Shown here piece by piece: positions 23,165 through 32,402 of a stretch of 64,000 bases of DNA. The first letter of the stretch is position 1. Every line of letters starts with the position of its first letter. The translations under genes and the position numbers were made by a program. A model generated the notes under the pieces. It ran no database searches. It saw nothing but the letters and a program-made list of their open reading frames with translations, and had not been told where the DNA came from. Origin of the DNA: Candidatus Lustribacter sp. (lineage in GTDB: Bacteria > Vulcanimicrobiota > Vulcanimicrobiia > Vulcanimicrobiales > Vulcanimicrobiaceae). Where the stretch lies: contig OZ255842.1 of NCBI GenBank assembly GCA_965277805.1, forward strand, positions 4,928,001 through 4,992,000. Direction: 5' to 3'.

Positions 23165-24259
23165 ATGCGCATGCAATTCACCGCCGCACTCCTCGCGTTT
23201 GCGATGCTGCTGTTGCTGACGCCGGGCAGTACCCGCGCGGCCGGCACAGGCGATGCGTTTGCCGCGCTCGTCGCGGCGGCGAAAGCGGAAGGCTCGGTGG
23301 TCGTCGATGGGCCGCCGAACGATGCGGTGCGCACGGCGCTGACCACGGGATTCCAGGACAAGTACGGCATCCCCGTGTCGTATATCAGTTCGGGCAGCGG
23401 CCCGTCGGCTGCGCGCGTGCGCGCCGAACGCGCGGCGGGGAAATATCTGCTCGACGTGTTCGTGAGCGGCAGCGACACACCGATCATGTCGTTTCTCCCG
23501 AGCGGCTGGCTCGATCGTATCGAGCCGGCGCTGATCGAGCCCGACGTCGTGAACGCCAAGGATTGGAAAGACGGCCACCTGTGGTACGCCGATCCGAACC
23601 ACACGATTTTGCGTGTTCTCCAATACGTGTCGGTCGAGCTGATGATCAATACCAAGCTCGCCTCGCCGAAAGAAGTCACGACGTGGAAATCGCTGCTCGA
23701 GCCGAAGTGGAAGGGCAAGCTGCTGATCAAAGACCCGCGCCTGCCGGGAGCCGGACAATCGCTCAACAGCTACTTCTACATTCATTTCGGGCCCGATTTC
23801 GTAAAGAAGCTCTACATCGATCAGCAGCCGACGTTCTCGGGTGATGCGCGTCAGGGTGCGCAGATGCTCGCGCAAGGCAGCTATCCGATTTGGGTCGGCG
23901 GCGAATGGGGTCAAGCCGACTCGTTCCGCAAACTCGGCTACCCGCTCGCGCCGGTGATGCCGACCGACGGCCCGGGAATCCTCACCGGCAGCTTCGGCCT
24001 GATCAACCTGATGAACAAAGCACCGCATCCGAACGCGGCCAAATTGTTCGTCAATTGGATCGCGGGCCGCGAGGGCGGCGCGATCTTCGCCAAGGCGATG
24101 CTGGCCGGCACCCTGCGCACCGACGTCAAGCAAGACTGGATGCCGTCGTTTGAGCTGACCCAGCCGGGCCGTCAGTACTACGACGCCTACGACTACAAGT
24201 TCATCACGGTCGACCGCGACGCGGCACTGACCAAATTCAAGGCGCTTTTGGGTCTCTGA
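23165..24259 (+). CDS. ABC substrate-binding protein (Fe3+/thiamine-like family)
   Basis: Signal peptide; AAAKAEGSVVV, LLEPKWKGK, APHPNAAKLFVNW. Confidence 0.87.
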   Translation: MRMQFTAALLAFAMLLLLTPGSTRAAGTGDAFAALVAAAKAEGSVVVDGPPNDAVRTALTTGFQDKYGIPVSYISSGSGPSAARVRAERAAGKYLLDVFVSGSDTPIMSFLPSGWLDRIEPALIEPDVVNAKDWKDGHLWYADPNHTILRVLQYVSVELMINTKLASPKEVTTWKSLLEPKWKGKLLIKDPRLPGAGQSLNSYFYIHFGPDFVKKLYIDQQPTFSGDARQGAQMLAQGSYPIWVGGEWGQADSFRKLGYPLAPVMPTDGPGILTGSFGLINLMNKAPHPNAAKLFVNWIAGREGGAIFAKAMLAGTLRTDVKQDWMPSFELTQPGRQYYDAYDYKFITVDRDAALTKFKALLGL

Positions 24260-24416
24260 CCTGCCAGGCGGTCCCCAGCCTCGAGCCGGCTGTGTATTTT
24301 CTTCGTAATCTTTGTTATCCGGGTCACAGGAACGGCCGTTTGTGCTCCTAGCGGGGGATGGGCAGCCAGGAAGCTCGCCGAAAGAAGGGGGGCCTGCCTA
24401 GAGACAAAGGAGTGTC

Positions 24417-25565
24417 ATGTCAGTCGCCGTGTCCGGTTCCAATCCCGCCTACTCCCTGCAGTCGGTCCTCTCGGCGCAAATCGCGCTTTTGACGGCGACC
24501 GAGCAGGCTTCGAGCGGCTCGCGAGTGACGAGCGCCGCGATCGACCCTTCCGGTTTGGCGATCTACAACAACCTTGAGACGCAGTCGCAAGGCGCGGATA
24601 CCGCCAACGAAAACGTCACCGGAGCCTCCGACGCGGTCAACGTCGCGCAGGGCGCGACCAGCACCATTCAAACCTCGCTGAGCCAAATCAACAGCTTAGC
24701 GATCGAGGCCAATAACGGCTTCAATTCACCCTCGGATGATGCCGCGCTGCAAGCGGAAGCGACGCAACTCACGCAAGGCATCAACCAGATCGCCGGCGAG
24801 ACGAACTTCAACGGCGCGGCATTGACGAACGGCACGAACTCGGGCAGTACGCCCCCCACGGCCGCCACCGCGCAAGTCACCAACGACGATGCGACCAACG
24901 CCGGCGGCGGCGTCGTGACGAGCGTTGCGGCTTCCGCCGCGACGACCAGCGGCACGTTCAGCGTTTCGGTCGATTCGAGCGGCAACGCCGACGTGACGTT
25001 CACCGACAACACCACGCAAGCAACGACCGCGGTCGGCAGCTTCGCGGCAAACTCGTCGACGACGTTCAACGGCACGACGATCAACTTCGGCAACTTCTCG
25101 GCGAGCGACGCCGGCTCGTCGGCGACCGTGCAGACGACGGCGGCGACGGCGGGTTCGACGCAACCGGCCGTCAGCGTGCAGTCGGGTGCGAGCGCGGGAC
25201 AAACGACCACAATCTCGTTCGCCAACGCGAGCACGACGGGGCTCGGCATCTCGAACATCGACCTCTCGAACCCGGCCAGCGCCACCAACGCCGAGGGCCA
25301 AATCGGCAACGCCATCACGAGCCTCGGCTCGGATCAAGCGCAATTGGGCGCCGAGACGAATTCGCTCGCCAACCAATTCAGCAACAACAATATCTACTCG
25401 AACAACTTGGCGAGTGCGGCCTCGTCGATCGGCGACGACAACGAAGCGAAATCGGCCTCGACGATCCAGCAATCGACGCTGCAGCAGCAGATCTCGATCG
25501 CGGTGCTGGCGCGCGCCAACACCGACGCCGGCCACCTGAACAGCTTCCTCAGCGTCTTCGCCTAA
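24417..25565 (+). CDS. Divergent flagellin-like protein
   Basis: N-terminal SSGSRVTSAAIDPSGLAI...TNFNG and C-terminal QLGAETN...LQQQISIAVLARAN align with flagellin D0/D1. Confidence 0.8.
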   Translation: MSVAVSGSNPAYSLQSVLSAQIALLTATEQASSGSRVTSAAIDPSGLAIYNNLETQSQGADTANENVTGASDAVNVAQGATSTIQTSLSQINSLAIEANNGFNSPSDDAALQAEATQLTQGINQIAGETNFNGAALTNGTNSGSTPPTAATAQVTNDDATNAGGGVVTSVAASAATTSGTFSVSVDSSGNADVTFTDNTTQATTAVGSFAANSSTTFNGTTINFGNFSASDAGSSATVQTTAATAGSTQPAVSVQSGASAGQTTTISFANASTTGLGISNIDLSNPASATNAEGQIGNAITSLGSDQAQLGAETNSLANQFSNNNIYSNNLASAASSIGDDNEAKSASTIQQSTLQQQISIAVLARANTDAGHLNSFLSVFA

Positions 25566-25567
25566 CT

Positions 25568-26824
25568 TCAGCGAATCCGGCAGCGCTCCGCGCGTTCGTG
25601 CAGCAACGCGCGGTCGCGCGCGTTTTGCGAGAGCGCTGCCGCGCGGTCGTACTCTTCGACCGCTTCGCTGAAGCGGCCGAGCTTCTCGAGTAAGTCCGCG
25701 CGCATGCTCGGCAGCAGATGGTACGATTTCAGCGCCGGTTCCGCGGTGAGCGCGTCAACCAGTTCGAGTCCGGCCGCCGGGCCATAGGCCATGCCGATCG
25801 CGACCGCGCGATTGAGCGCCACCACGGGTGTGGGCACGAGCTGCGCGAGCGCGTCGTAGAGAGCGGCGATGCGCTCCCAATCCGTTGCTTCCGGCGTGCG
25901 CGCGCGACCGTGGCAGGCAGCGATCGCCGCCTGCAGCGCGTAGGGGCCGAGGGCCCCGCCCAGCGCCTCGGCACGCGCGAGCGCTGCAAGACCGCGACGG
26001 ATGAGCAGATGATCCCACTTACCGCGATCCTGTTCGAGCAGCAGAATCGGTTCGCCCGATGGACCGACGCGTGCGCGCGTGCGCGATGCTTGAATTTCCA
26101 TCAGCGCGACGAGCCCGTGCACTTCGGGTTCATCCGGGGCGAGTTCGGCCAGTACGCGCCCGAGCCGCAGCGCGTCTTCGCATAGCGCCGGACGCATCAC
26201 GTCGTCGCCGGCGCTCGCGGCATAGCCCTCGTTGAAGATGAGATAGAGCACTTCGAGCACGGAGGCGAGGCGTTCACCGCGCTCGGCCTTGGCCGGCACT
26301 TCGAACGGCACGTTCGCTTCGGCGAGCGTGCGTTTGGCGCGCACGATGCGCTGCGCGACTGCCGGTTCGCTCGTGAGAAAGGCGCGGGCGATTTCGACCG
26401 TCGTCAGCCCGCCGAGCAATCGCAGCGTCAGCGCAACGCGGGCGTCCATCGAGAGCACCGGATGGCAGGCGATGAAGATCAAGCGCAGCAGGTCGTCGCC
26501 GATGTCGTCTTCGTCAAGCGCGGCGAGCGCCGCGGCATCGGCACCTTCCGCGTTGGTGAGCTCGCGCGCGAGGAGTTCGCTTTTGCGCGCCAGCACGTCG
26601 TCGCGGCGAAAGCGGTCGATCGCGCGGCGCTTGGCAATCGACATCAGCCAGGCGCCGGGATTGCGCGGGATGCCTTCGCCGGGCCACTGCGTGAGTGCCG
26701 CGACGAACGCATCCTGCGCGAGTTCCTCAGCGGCGCCGATGTCGCGCACCATGCGCGTCAAACCGGCGATAAGCTTCGGCGCTTCGATGCGCCAGATCGC
26801 CTCGAACGTCCGTTGTGCGTCTAT
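25568..26824 (-). CDS. ECF sigma factor with C-terminal TPR/DUF6596 extension (ECF42-like)
   Basis: AEELAQDA, LRLIFIACHP, YLIFNEGY, LNRAVA motifs. Homology extends to an ATA codon at 26824. Confidence 0.9.
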   Translation of the reverse strand: MDAQRTFEAIWRIEAPKLIAGLTRMVRDIGAAEELAQDAFVAALTQWPGEGIPRNPGAWLMSIAKRRAIDRFRRDDVLARKSELLARELTNAEGADAAALAALDEDDIGDDLLRLIFIACHPVLSMDARVALTLRLLGGLTTVEIARAFLTSEPAVAQRIVRAKRTLAEANVPFEVPAKAERGERLASVLEVLYLIFNEGYAASAGDDVMRPALCEDALRLGRVLAELAPDEPEVHGLVALMEIQASRTRARVGPSGEPILLLEQDRGKWDHLLIRRGLAALARAEALGGALGPYALQAAIAACHGRARTPEATDWERIAALYDALAQLVPTPVVALNRAVAIGMAYGPAAGLELVDALTAEPALKSYHLLPSMRADLLEKLGRFSEAVEEYDRAAALSQNARDRALLHERAERCRIR

Positions 26825-27177
26825 TGGTCGAAGTCTTCCGGTTCGAAGAGGCGCCGGATCTCGATTTGCTCGTTGCCTTCGAATGGCGCGCGCGAGAGAC
26901 GCGCGACGATCTCTTCCTTCGACTTGCCTTGCAATAGCCAGAAGCCGGCCACCAGCTCCTTGGTTTCGGTGAACGGGCCGTCGATGACGGTCGGCTTGCC
27001 GCCGGACCAGCTGATGCGCGCGCTGCGCGACGTCGGTTCAAGGCCGCCGGCGTCCAGGATCACGCCGTCCTGTGCCAGTTCTTGATTGAATTTGCCCATT
27101 TTGGCGAGCATGCCGGGGGTCGGCATTGCGCCCGCTTCGCTTTCGGGTGAGGCTTTGACCATGACCAGGAATCGCAT
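26821..27177 (-). CDS. YCII/DGPF domain protein
   Basis: DGPFTETKELVAGFW; the usual ECF42 partner; GAAGGAG RBS. Confidence 0.92.
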   Translation of the reverse strand: MRFLVMVKASPESEAGAMPTPGMLAKMGKFNQELAQDGVILDAGGLEPTSRSARISWSGGKPTVIDGPFTETKELVAGFWLLQGKSKEEIVARLSRAPFEGNEQIEIRRLFEPEDFDQ

Positions 27178-27203
27178 TGGGGTCTCCTTCGGTAGGCGGT
27201 GTT

Positions 27204-28343
27204 CTATCTACGCGTCGAGCGGGAGACCCCGAGATCGACATTTCGCACGCCGGCCCGTTCCAGCCGCGGAATCACCTCGTCGCGAAAGTACGGAAACTCG
27301 GCCAGATAGTTGACGAACCCCATGGCGATCCCGCTGAACCCCGCCTTCGCGATCGCGACGAACCCGGCGGCGACGGTATCGGGATCGCCGACCACGGGCC
27401 ACCCGCCGTAGCCGGCGGCGAATCGAACTTTCATGCGCTGGTAGTGATCGGGCTGCATCGTGGTCGACGAACCGCGCGAGCCGATGTCGACCATGCGCTC
27501 GACGGCGTCCCAATCGGCCTGCTCGTCGGCATAGTAGCGGTAGTATTCTTCCGCTTCGCGCTGGGTCGGGCGGCACACGACGCTGGCCGTCGTCATCACG
27601 CCGAGGCGTTTGCCGAGCGCGGCCGCGCGCTGATGCGCATCCGCCACGTTCTCGGCCGCCTGCTCGACGCTCATGCGAATCGTCGAGAGCAGATACTGGC
27701 AGTTGGCGATCGCAAAGCCTTTGCCGGTATCCGAACTGCCGGCGTTCATGATTACCGGCTGCGTTCCGCCGTAAGGCTTGGGCTGCGACTCGACGCCGTG
27801 AAAGGTGAGGAACTCGCCGTCGAAGTCGAACGTGCCCGCGCTCTCCCACATCATGCGCACCACGCGCAGCCATTCCGCGCCGTACACGTAGCGCGTCTCG
27901 TGATCGCGCTGCGAGACGTTGAACATCTCGAACTCGTCTTGGTTCCAGCCGCAGACGAGGTTGAGTCCGAAGCGGCCGCGCGCGGCATGGTCGACCGTGA
28001 CGAACTGCTTCGCGGCGAAAATCGGATGAACGAGGGGCGCGTGAACGGTGCCGAAGACGGTGAGGTTTTTGGTGGCGCCGAGCGTTCCGCAGGCCCAGGT
28101 GACGGTTTCGAAGCCGGCCCCTTCGAAATTGGTCGCCCCGCCGAAGCCCTTCCAGCGTGACACCGGCAGCATGAACTCAACGCCGGCGTCGTCGAGCATC
28201 TGCGCCAACGCGATGTTCTCATCCCACGATGCGGACCAGCGTTCGGGCACCTTCGTAGCGGCGATGCCGGAGGACATGTTTGCGCCGAAAATGCCCAGCT
28301 TGAGAGCGTTGCCGCTGCCGAGCTCGGTGCGATCGAGTGCCAT
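27204..28343 (-). CDS. LLM-class flavin-dependent monooxygenase
   Basis: RWKGFGG, GRFGLNLVCGWN, NAGSSDTG. Confidence 0.9.
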   Translation of the reverse strand: MALDRTELGSGNALKLGIFGANMSSGIAATKVPERWSASWDENIALAQMLDDAGVEFMLPVSRWKGFGGATNFEGAGFETVTWACGTLGATKNLTVFGTVHAPLVHPIFAAKQFVTVDHAARGRFGLNLVCGWNQDEFEMFNVSQRDHETRYVYGAEWLRVVRMMWESAGTFDFDGEFLTFHGVESQPKPYGGTQPVIMNAGSSDTGKGFAIANCQYLLSTIRMSVEQAAENVADAHQRAAALGKRLGVMTTASVVCRPTQREAEEYYRYYADEQADWDAVERMVDIGSRGSSTTMQPDHYQRMKVRFAAGYGGWPVVGDPDTVAAGFVAIAKAGFSGIAMGFVNYLAEFPYFRDEVIPRLERAGVRNVDLGVSRSTRR

Positions 28344-28383
28344 GGCGCATGTGATACGCTGGCTTGCCGCAAACGTCCGTCCG

Positions 28384-28848
28384 GTGACTCCCCGATTCTG
28401 GCGCATCTTCCTGGCCGTCGCAGCCGTCGTGCTCTACGCGATCGCGGTGAGCGGGCCCGCGTATAACGCGACCACCCCGGTCACGCTGCCCCACCACGAG
28501 CTAGTGCGGAAAATCTACGCGTTGCTCGCGTTCGCGCTGCTCGCCTTTGCGCTCGAACGCTCGAACCTGCGGCGAGTGCACGGCGTGGCGCTGGCGGCGA
28601 TCGCGATCGGTCTCTATTCGTGGGCCATCGAGCTCGGCCAGATTTTCATCGCGCACTCAACCGAAACGTTCGCCGATCATTCGTTCGACGTCGCCAGCGG
28701 TCTCGCCGGCGGCGCGCTCGGCGCGTTCGTTGCGCTGCTCATCAGCGCACCGTCCGCGCGAGCCCGCCGCGTCGAGGGCGCGATCGTGGTGGCGTTGCTG
28801 GCGGCGATCGCATGGGCGTTCACCGTGACCTACGCGCGCCTCGATTGA
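28384..28848 (+). CDS. VanZ-like membrane protein
   Basis: TM helices; RK, YSWAIELGQ, FDV motifs. Confidence 0.6.
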   Translation: MTPRFWRIFLAVAAVVLYAIAVSGPAYNATTPVTLPHHELVRKIYALLAFALLAFALERSNLRRVHGVALAAIAIGLYSWAIELGQIFIAHSTETFADHSFDVASGLAGGALGAFVALLISAPSARARRVEGAIVVALLAAIAWAFTVTYARLD

Positions 28849-28854
28849 GGCTGC

Positions 28855-29046
28855 TTACGGCATCGGGCTAACGAGTGGTCCGGTCGGCGGCAACGAACTG
28901 GGAATCGAGATCGGTGTTGCGGCCGGTGCCGGCGTTGGAGCGGTGATCGGCGGCGGCACCTGCGGTGTCGTTTGCGCGAACGCAAGAGCAGAGGCAGCGA
29001 GTGCTAGCACGGTGCCGGCGAGTGCGGCGAAGAGCGATTTTTTCAT
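28855..29046 (-). CDS. Small secreted Pro-rich protein
   Basis: Signal peptide MKKSLFAALAG...AFA. Confidence 0.6.
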   Translation of the reverse strand: MKKSLFAALAGTVLALAASALAFAQTTPQVPPPITAPTPAPAATPISIPSSLPPTGPLVSPMP

Positions 29047-29924
29047 AATGCTGCGGCTATACCCATTTGTTCGAGTGCCGCGCGTCCCAGCAAACCATAA
29101 GGATTACCGTATGTTTCCGCAATTTCAAAATGGTTGTACGCCGTCCCGACAAGCAGCGTGACGTTTTTCCCGGCCGCGTCGAGTGCGGTCGCGAACTCGC
29201 GCGTCTGGCGTTGAAATTCCGGCGACTCTTCGGTGCCGTACGCAAGCACGATCGGCACCGTGATACGATCGATGTTCTGCATTGCGCTGAGCGCGGCGAC
29301 CGTTTCATCGTCGAAGTGCACGTAGGAACTGCGTGCCGACAATCGCACCGGCGTGAGGTCGAACATGCCGCTGCAGCACAACGCGCCCGCGATGACCGTA
29401 TCGGGCACGCCGTAGTCGCTCCAGTTCGTGATGAGCGTGCACCCGGTCAGGTGCGCGCCCGATGAGTGGCCGGCGAGATGAATGCGCTGCGGATCGCCGC
29501 CGAAGGACGCGGCATGCTCGTACACCCACGCCACCGCACGGCGGACTTGATCGACGATCGGCTCCAAGCGCGAACCGGTATTTTCCACGCCGTCGAAATC
29601 GAGTAACACGCAGTGCGCGCCGGCGCGGACGAACATTTCGGCGATGAAGGCGAACCGCTCAGAGGAGTTCGTCCGCCACGCGCCGCCGTGCACGAACACG
29701 AAGACCGGTGCGTTCGCGCGCGGCGTGCGGTAGATGTCGAGGTGCTCGAGCGCGCCCGGACCGTAGGCGCAGCGCGTCGCCGGGGCTAGCCGTTTGCGCG
29801 CGTCATCGCTGAGCGCATTTTGCCGCTGATGCATCAGCTGGGCGTTCGGCGCCCAGACCATCTGGTCGTAGCACGCATCGAGCTGGGCTTGATCGTAATC
29901 GAGAAAAACGCGCATGTCCCGCAT
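29043..29924 (-). CDS. Alpha/beta hydrolase (arylformamidase-like)
   Basis: HGGAW, GHSSGAHL, NHFE. Confidence 0.88.
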   Translation of the reverse strand: MRDMRVFLDYDQAQLDACYDQMVWAPNAQLMHQRQNALSDDARKRLAPATRCAYGPGALEHLDIYRTPRANAPVFVFVHGGAWRTNSSERFAFIAEMFVRAGAHCVLLDFDGVENTGSRLEPIVDQVRRAVAWVYEHAASFGGDPQRIHLAGHSSGAHLTGCTLITNWSDYGVPDTVIAGALCCSGMFDLTPVRLSARSSYVHFDDETVAALSAMQNIDRITVPIVLAYGTEESPEFQRQTREFATALDAAGKNVTLLVGTAYNHFEIAETYGNPYGLLGRAALEQMGIAAAL

Positions 29925-29972
29925 TTCGTTGCTATAGATGATCGCACCGGCAAGGTCAAGAACGAATGAACG

Positions 29973-31607
29973 GTGACCGACGTCCTCGCGCACGACCCGG
30001 CGATTCTGATCGTCGGCGATGATCTGTTGGCCGAACGCGTCTGCGACGAGCTCGCCGCTGCCGGCGGAGCGCGCGTGCACGTCGTTGCGCCGAAGGTCGC
30101 CGACGACGACGAGGTGCTGCTCGACGCCGGCGTGACGTCCGCGGTCGCGATCCTGACGCTCTCCAGCGACGACGAGCGGAACCTTTCGATCGCGTTGCGC
30201 GCGCGCATGCTCAACCCGCACATTCGTGTCGTGCTGCGCCAGTTCGGCACGAAGATCGGCCGCAAGATCGAGCAGAACCTGCCCGACTCGACCGTGCTCT
30301 CGCCGGCCGCTCACTCGGCCGCAACCTATGCCGGCGCGGCCCTGGACCCGGGCTGCTTTTTCGCACTGCGCTTTCCCGACATGGTGGCGGGCGCGTTCGT
30401 CGGCTTTACGTTCGGGTTTGCGAACGAGCTCGATGTCGCGCACATCACCGTGGCCGAGGCCGAGCAGAAGCTGGGCTTGCGCATCGTCGCGCTCGGCAAC
30501 CGGCGCGAGCCGGTTCCGGATTCGCTGATCGACGCGAACGACCCGATCGTGGCCTTCGGCCGGGTGATCGAGCGCCGCACCGAAGCGCGGCGCGAACGCG
30601 AGCCGGCCCCAACGCGGACGTACACGCGCCGCACGCTCGCCGCGTCATCGATCGAAACGCTGGCTCGCACCAACCCGATCCTGCGCACGATCGCCGTGAG
30701 CGCGGTCGTGTTCTATGCGGTCGCGGCGGTGTTCTTTCACTTTGCCCTGCACCTGAGCTGGCCCGGTTCGGCCTTCGACGTCGTCCAGGCGATGACGAGC
30801 ACCGGTTTCGGCGACACGTCGGTCGCGCGGCGTGGAACGGCGATCGTGCTCGGTGCGATCGTCGTGATGATCGGCGGCACGATCTTCACCAGCATCTTCA
30901 TCGGTTACGTCAGCGCCGCGATCACGCGCGCGCAGTGGACCGCGCAACAGGGTTTGCGCCGCATCCGCGGCCGCGGCCACTACGTCGTGTGCGGCGGCGG
31001 ACGCATCGGCGGCGCCGTCGTGAATTTTCTGATCGAAGCCGGCAAACACGTCGTGGTGATCGACTCGCATCCCGACCCGACGCTCGTGCGGCGCGCGCGT
31101 GAAAGCCGGCTCGATCTTCTGACCGGCGACGCGACGAATGAAGACGTGCTCGCGCTGTGCGACGTCACGCATGCGGCGGCGGTCGTCGTGCTGACGAACA
31201 GCGACCCCGGCAATCTCGAAATCGCGCTAGGCGCGCGCGCCATGCGGGCCGACGTGCCGCTCGTGGTGCGGATGGAAGACCGCACGTTTGCGCAGGCGAC
31301 GGCTAGCCTCTTCGGCATCGCCACGTTCTCGCCGGCGGCGTTGACGGCGCCCGCCTTCGCCGGGCTCGCCCGGTTTCCGGGGACCCTCGGGCGCGTCCGG
31401 ATTGCGGGCAAGGAGCATACGATCGTGCAGCTTTGGGGCGGCGGGGGCGCCCACGTGCCGGAAGGCGCGCTGCCGCTCTGCGCGTGGCAAACGGGGCGCG
31501 GCATCGTGCTCATTCACAGCCTCGAGGAAATCGGCGCCGGCGACACCGTGATCTACGCCGTTCCCCTCGGGCAGCGGGCCCCCCAACCCGGGATTGTCTC
31601 GCCGTAG
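29973..31607 (+). CDS. TrkA-N/RCK-domain potassium-channel-like protein
   Basis: RCK domains flank a 2-TM pore with MTSTGFGD; VCGGGRIG Rossmann motif. Confidence 0.8.
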   Translation: MTDVLAHDPAILIVGDDLLAERVCDELAAAGGARVHVVAPKVADDDEVLLDAGVTSAVAILTLSSDDERNLSIALRARMLNPHIRVVLRQFGTKIGRKIEQNLPDSTVLSPAAHSAATYAGAALDPGCFFALRFPDMVAGAFVGFTFGFANELDVAHITVAEAEQKLGLRIVALGNRREPVPDSLIDANDPIVAFGRVIERRTEARREREPAPTRTYTRRTLAASSIETLARTNPILRTIAVSAVVFYAVAAVFFHFALHLSWPGSAFDVVQAMTSTGFGDTSVARRGTAIVLGAIVVMIGGTIFTSIFIGYVSAAITRAQWTAQQGLRRIRGRGHYVVCGGGRIGGAVVNFLIEAGKHVVVIDSHPDPTLVRRARESRLDLLTGDATNEDVLALCDVTHAAAVVVLTNSDPGNLEIALGARAMRADVPLVVRMEDRTFAQATASLFGIATFSPAALTAPAFAGLARFPGTLGRVRIAGKEHTIVQLWGGGGAHVPEGALPLCAWQTGRGIVLIHSLEEIGAGDTVIYAVPLGQRAPQPGIVSP

Positions 31608-31622
31608 GCCGAACAAATCACC

Positions 31623-32402
31623 ATGGAGACTGTAGCATCTTCGACGATGACGCTCTCTGAGCGCGCCGACGCGCTCGAGAAGCAGCTGAGCGACGAACTC
31701 GACGATCGTTTCGTTCCGGTTCGCGCGCCGCTCTACACCTCCGGCGACCGCGATCCGCGCCTCCCGTTGGAAGTCAAATCCGACGAGGACAAGTACAAGG
31801 GCAAGCTTTTCAACATGGGGCACGACAAGCGGTTGCCCAAGATGCCCGATAAGCCGACGCTGCTCGACTTTTTCGAATACCGCATGGCTCCCGCAACCCA
31901 CTTGCTGCAGAGCGCAACGCACGCGCTCAAGGCCGGCTGCGAAGAGAAGATCATCATGGCGTGCCTCGTGCACGACATGGCCGTGTCGATGTTCATTCGC
32001 GGCGATCACGGCTACTGGGGCGCGCAACTGCTCGAGCCCTACGTCGACGAAGAAGTGAGCTGGTCGATCCGCGCGCATCAGGTGCTGCGGTTCTATCCCG
32101 ACGAGCAGTACGGCTACAAGTATCCGGATCTCTACATCAAGTTCTTCGGCGCCGATTACAAGCCCGAACCCTACATCGAACGCGCCTACCAGAAAATCAA
32201 AAACCATAAGTGGTATGAAACCGCGCGCCTGATCACCGTCAACGACATCTACTCGTTCGATCCGAACATGTCGGTGAGCCTCGACCCGTTCCGCGACATC
32301 GTCGCGCGCAATTTCCGTCAGCCCGAAGAAGGTTTGGGCTGGGACGATTCCCCGTCGTCGCACATGTGGCGCACGATCAACTGGCCGACCCGCTTCTTAT
32401 AG
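31623..32402 (+). CDS. HD-domain metalloprotein
   Basis: HLLQSAT...LVHD...DHG...RAH motif series. Confidence 0.75.
   Translation: METVASSTMTLSERADALEKQLSDELDDRFVPVRAPLYTSGDRDPRLPLEVKSDEDKYKGKLFNMGHDKRLPKMPDKPTLLDFFEYRMAPATHLLQSATHALKAGCEEKIIMACLVHDMAVSMFIRGDHGYWGAQLLEPYVDEEVSWSIRAHQVLRFYPDEQYGYKYPDLYIKFFGADYKPEPYIERAYQKIKNHKWYETARLITVNDIYSFDPNMSVSLDPFRDIVARNFRQPEEGLGWDDSPSSHMWRTINWPTRFL

Noticed and set aside
24340-24390. Sigma-28 promoter for the flagellin-like gene
   Set aside because: GCCGAAAG resembles the -10 element, but there is no convincing TAAA -35 at the right spacing.
29925-30443. N-terminal extension of the hydrolase ORF (similarly 40363-40884, 42711-42878, 28048-28383)
   Set aside because: The extensions overlap real neighbouring genes; family homology starts at the downstream starts used.
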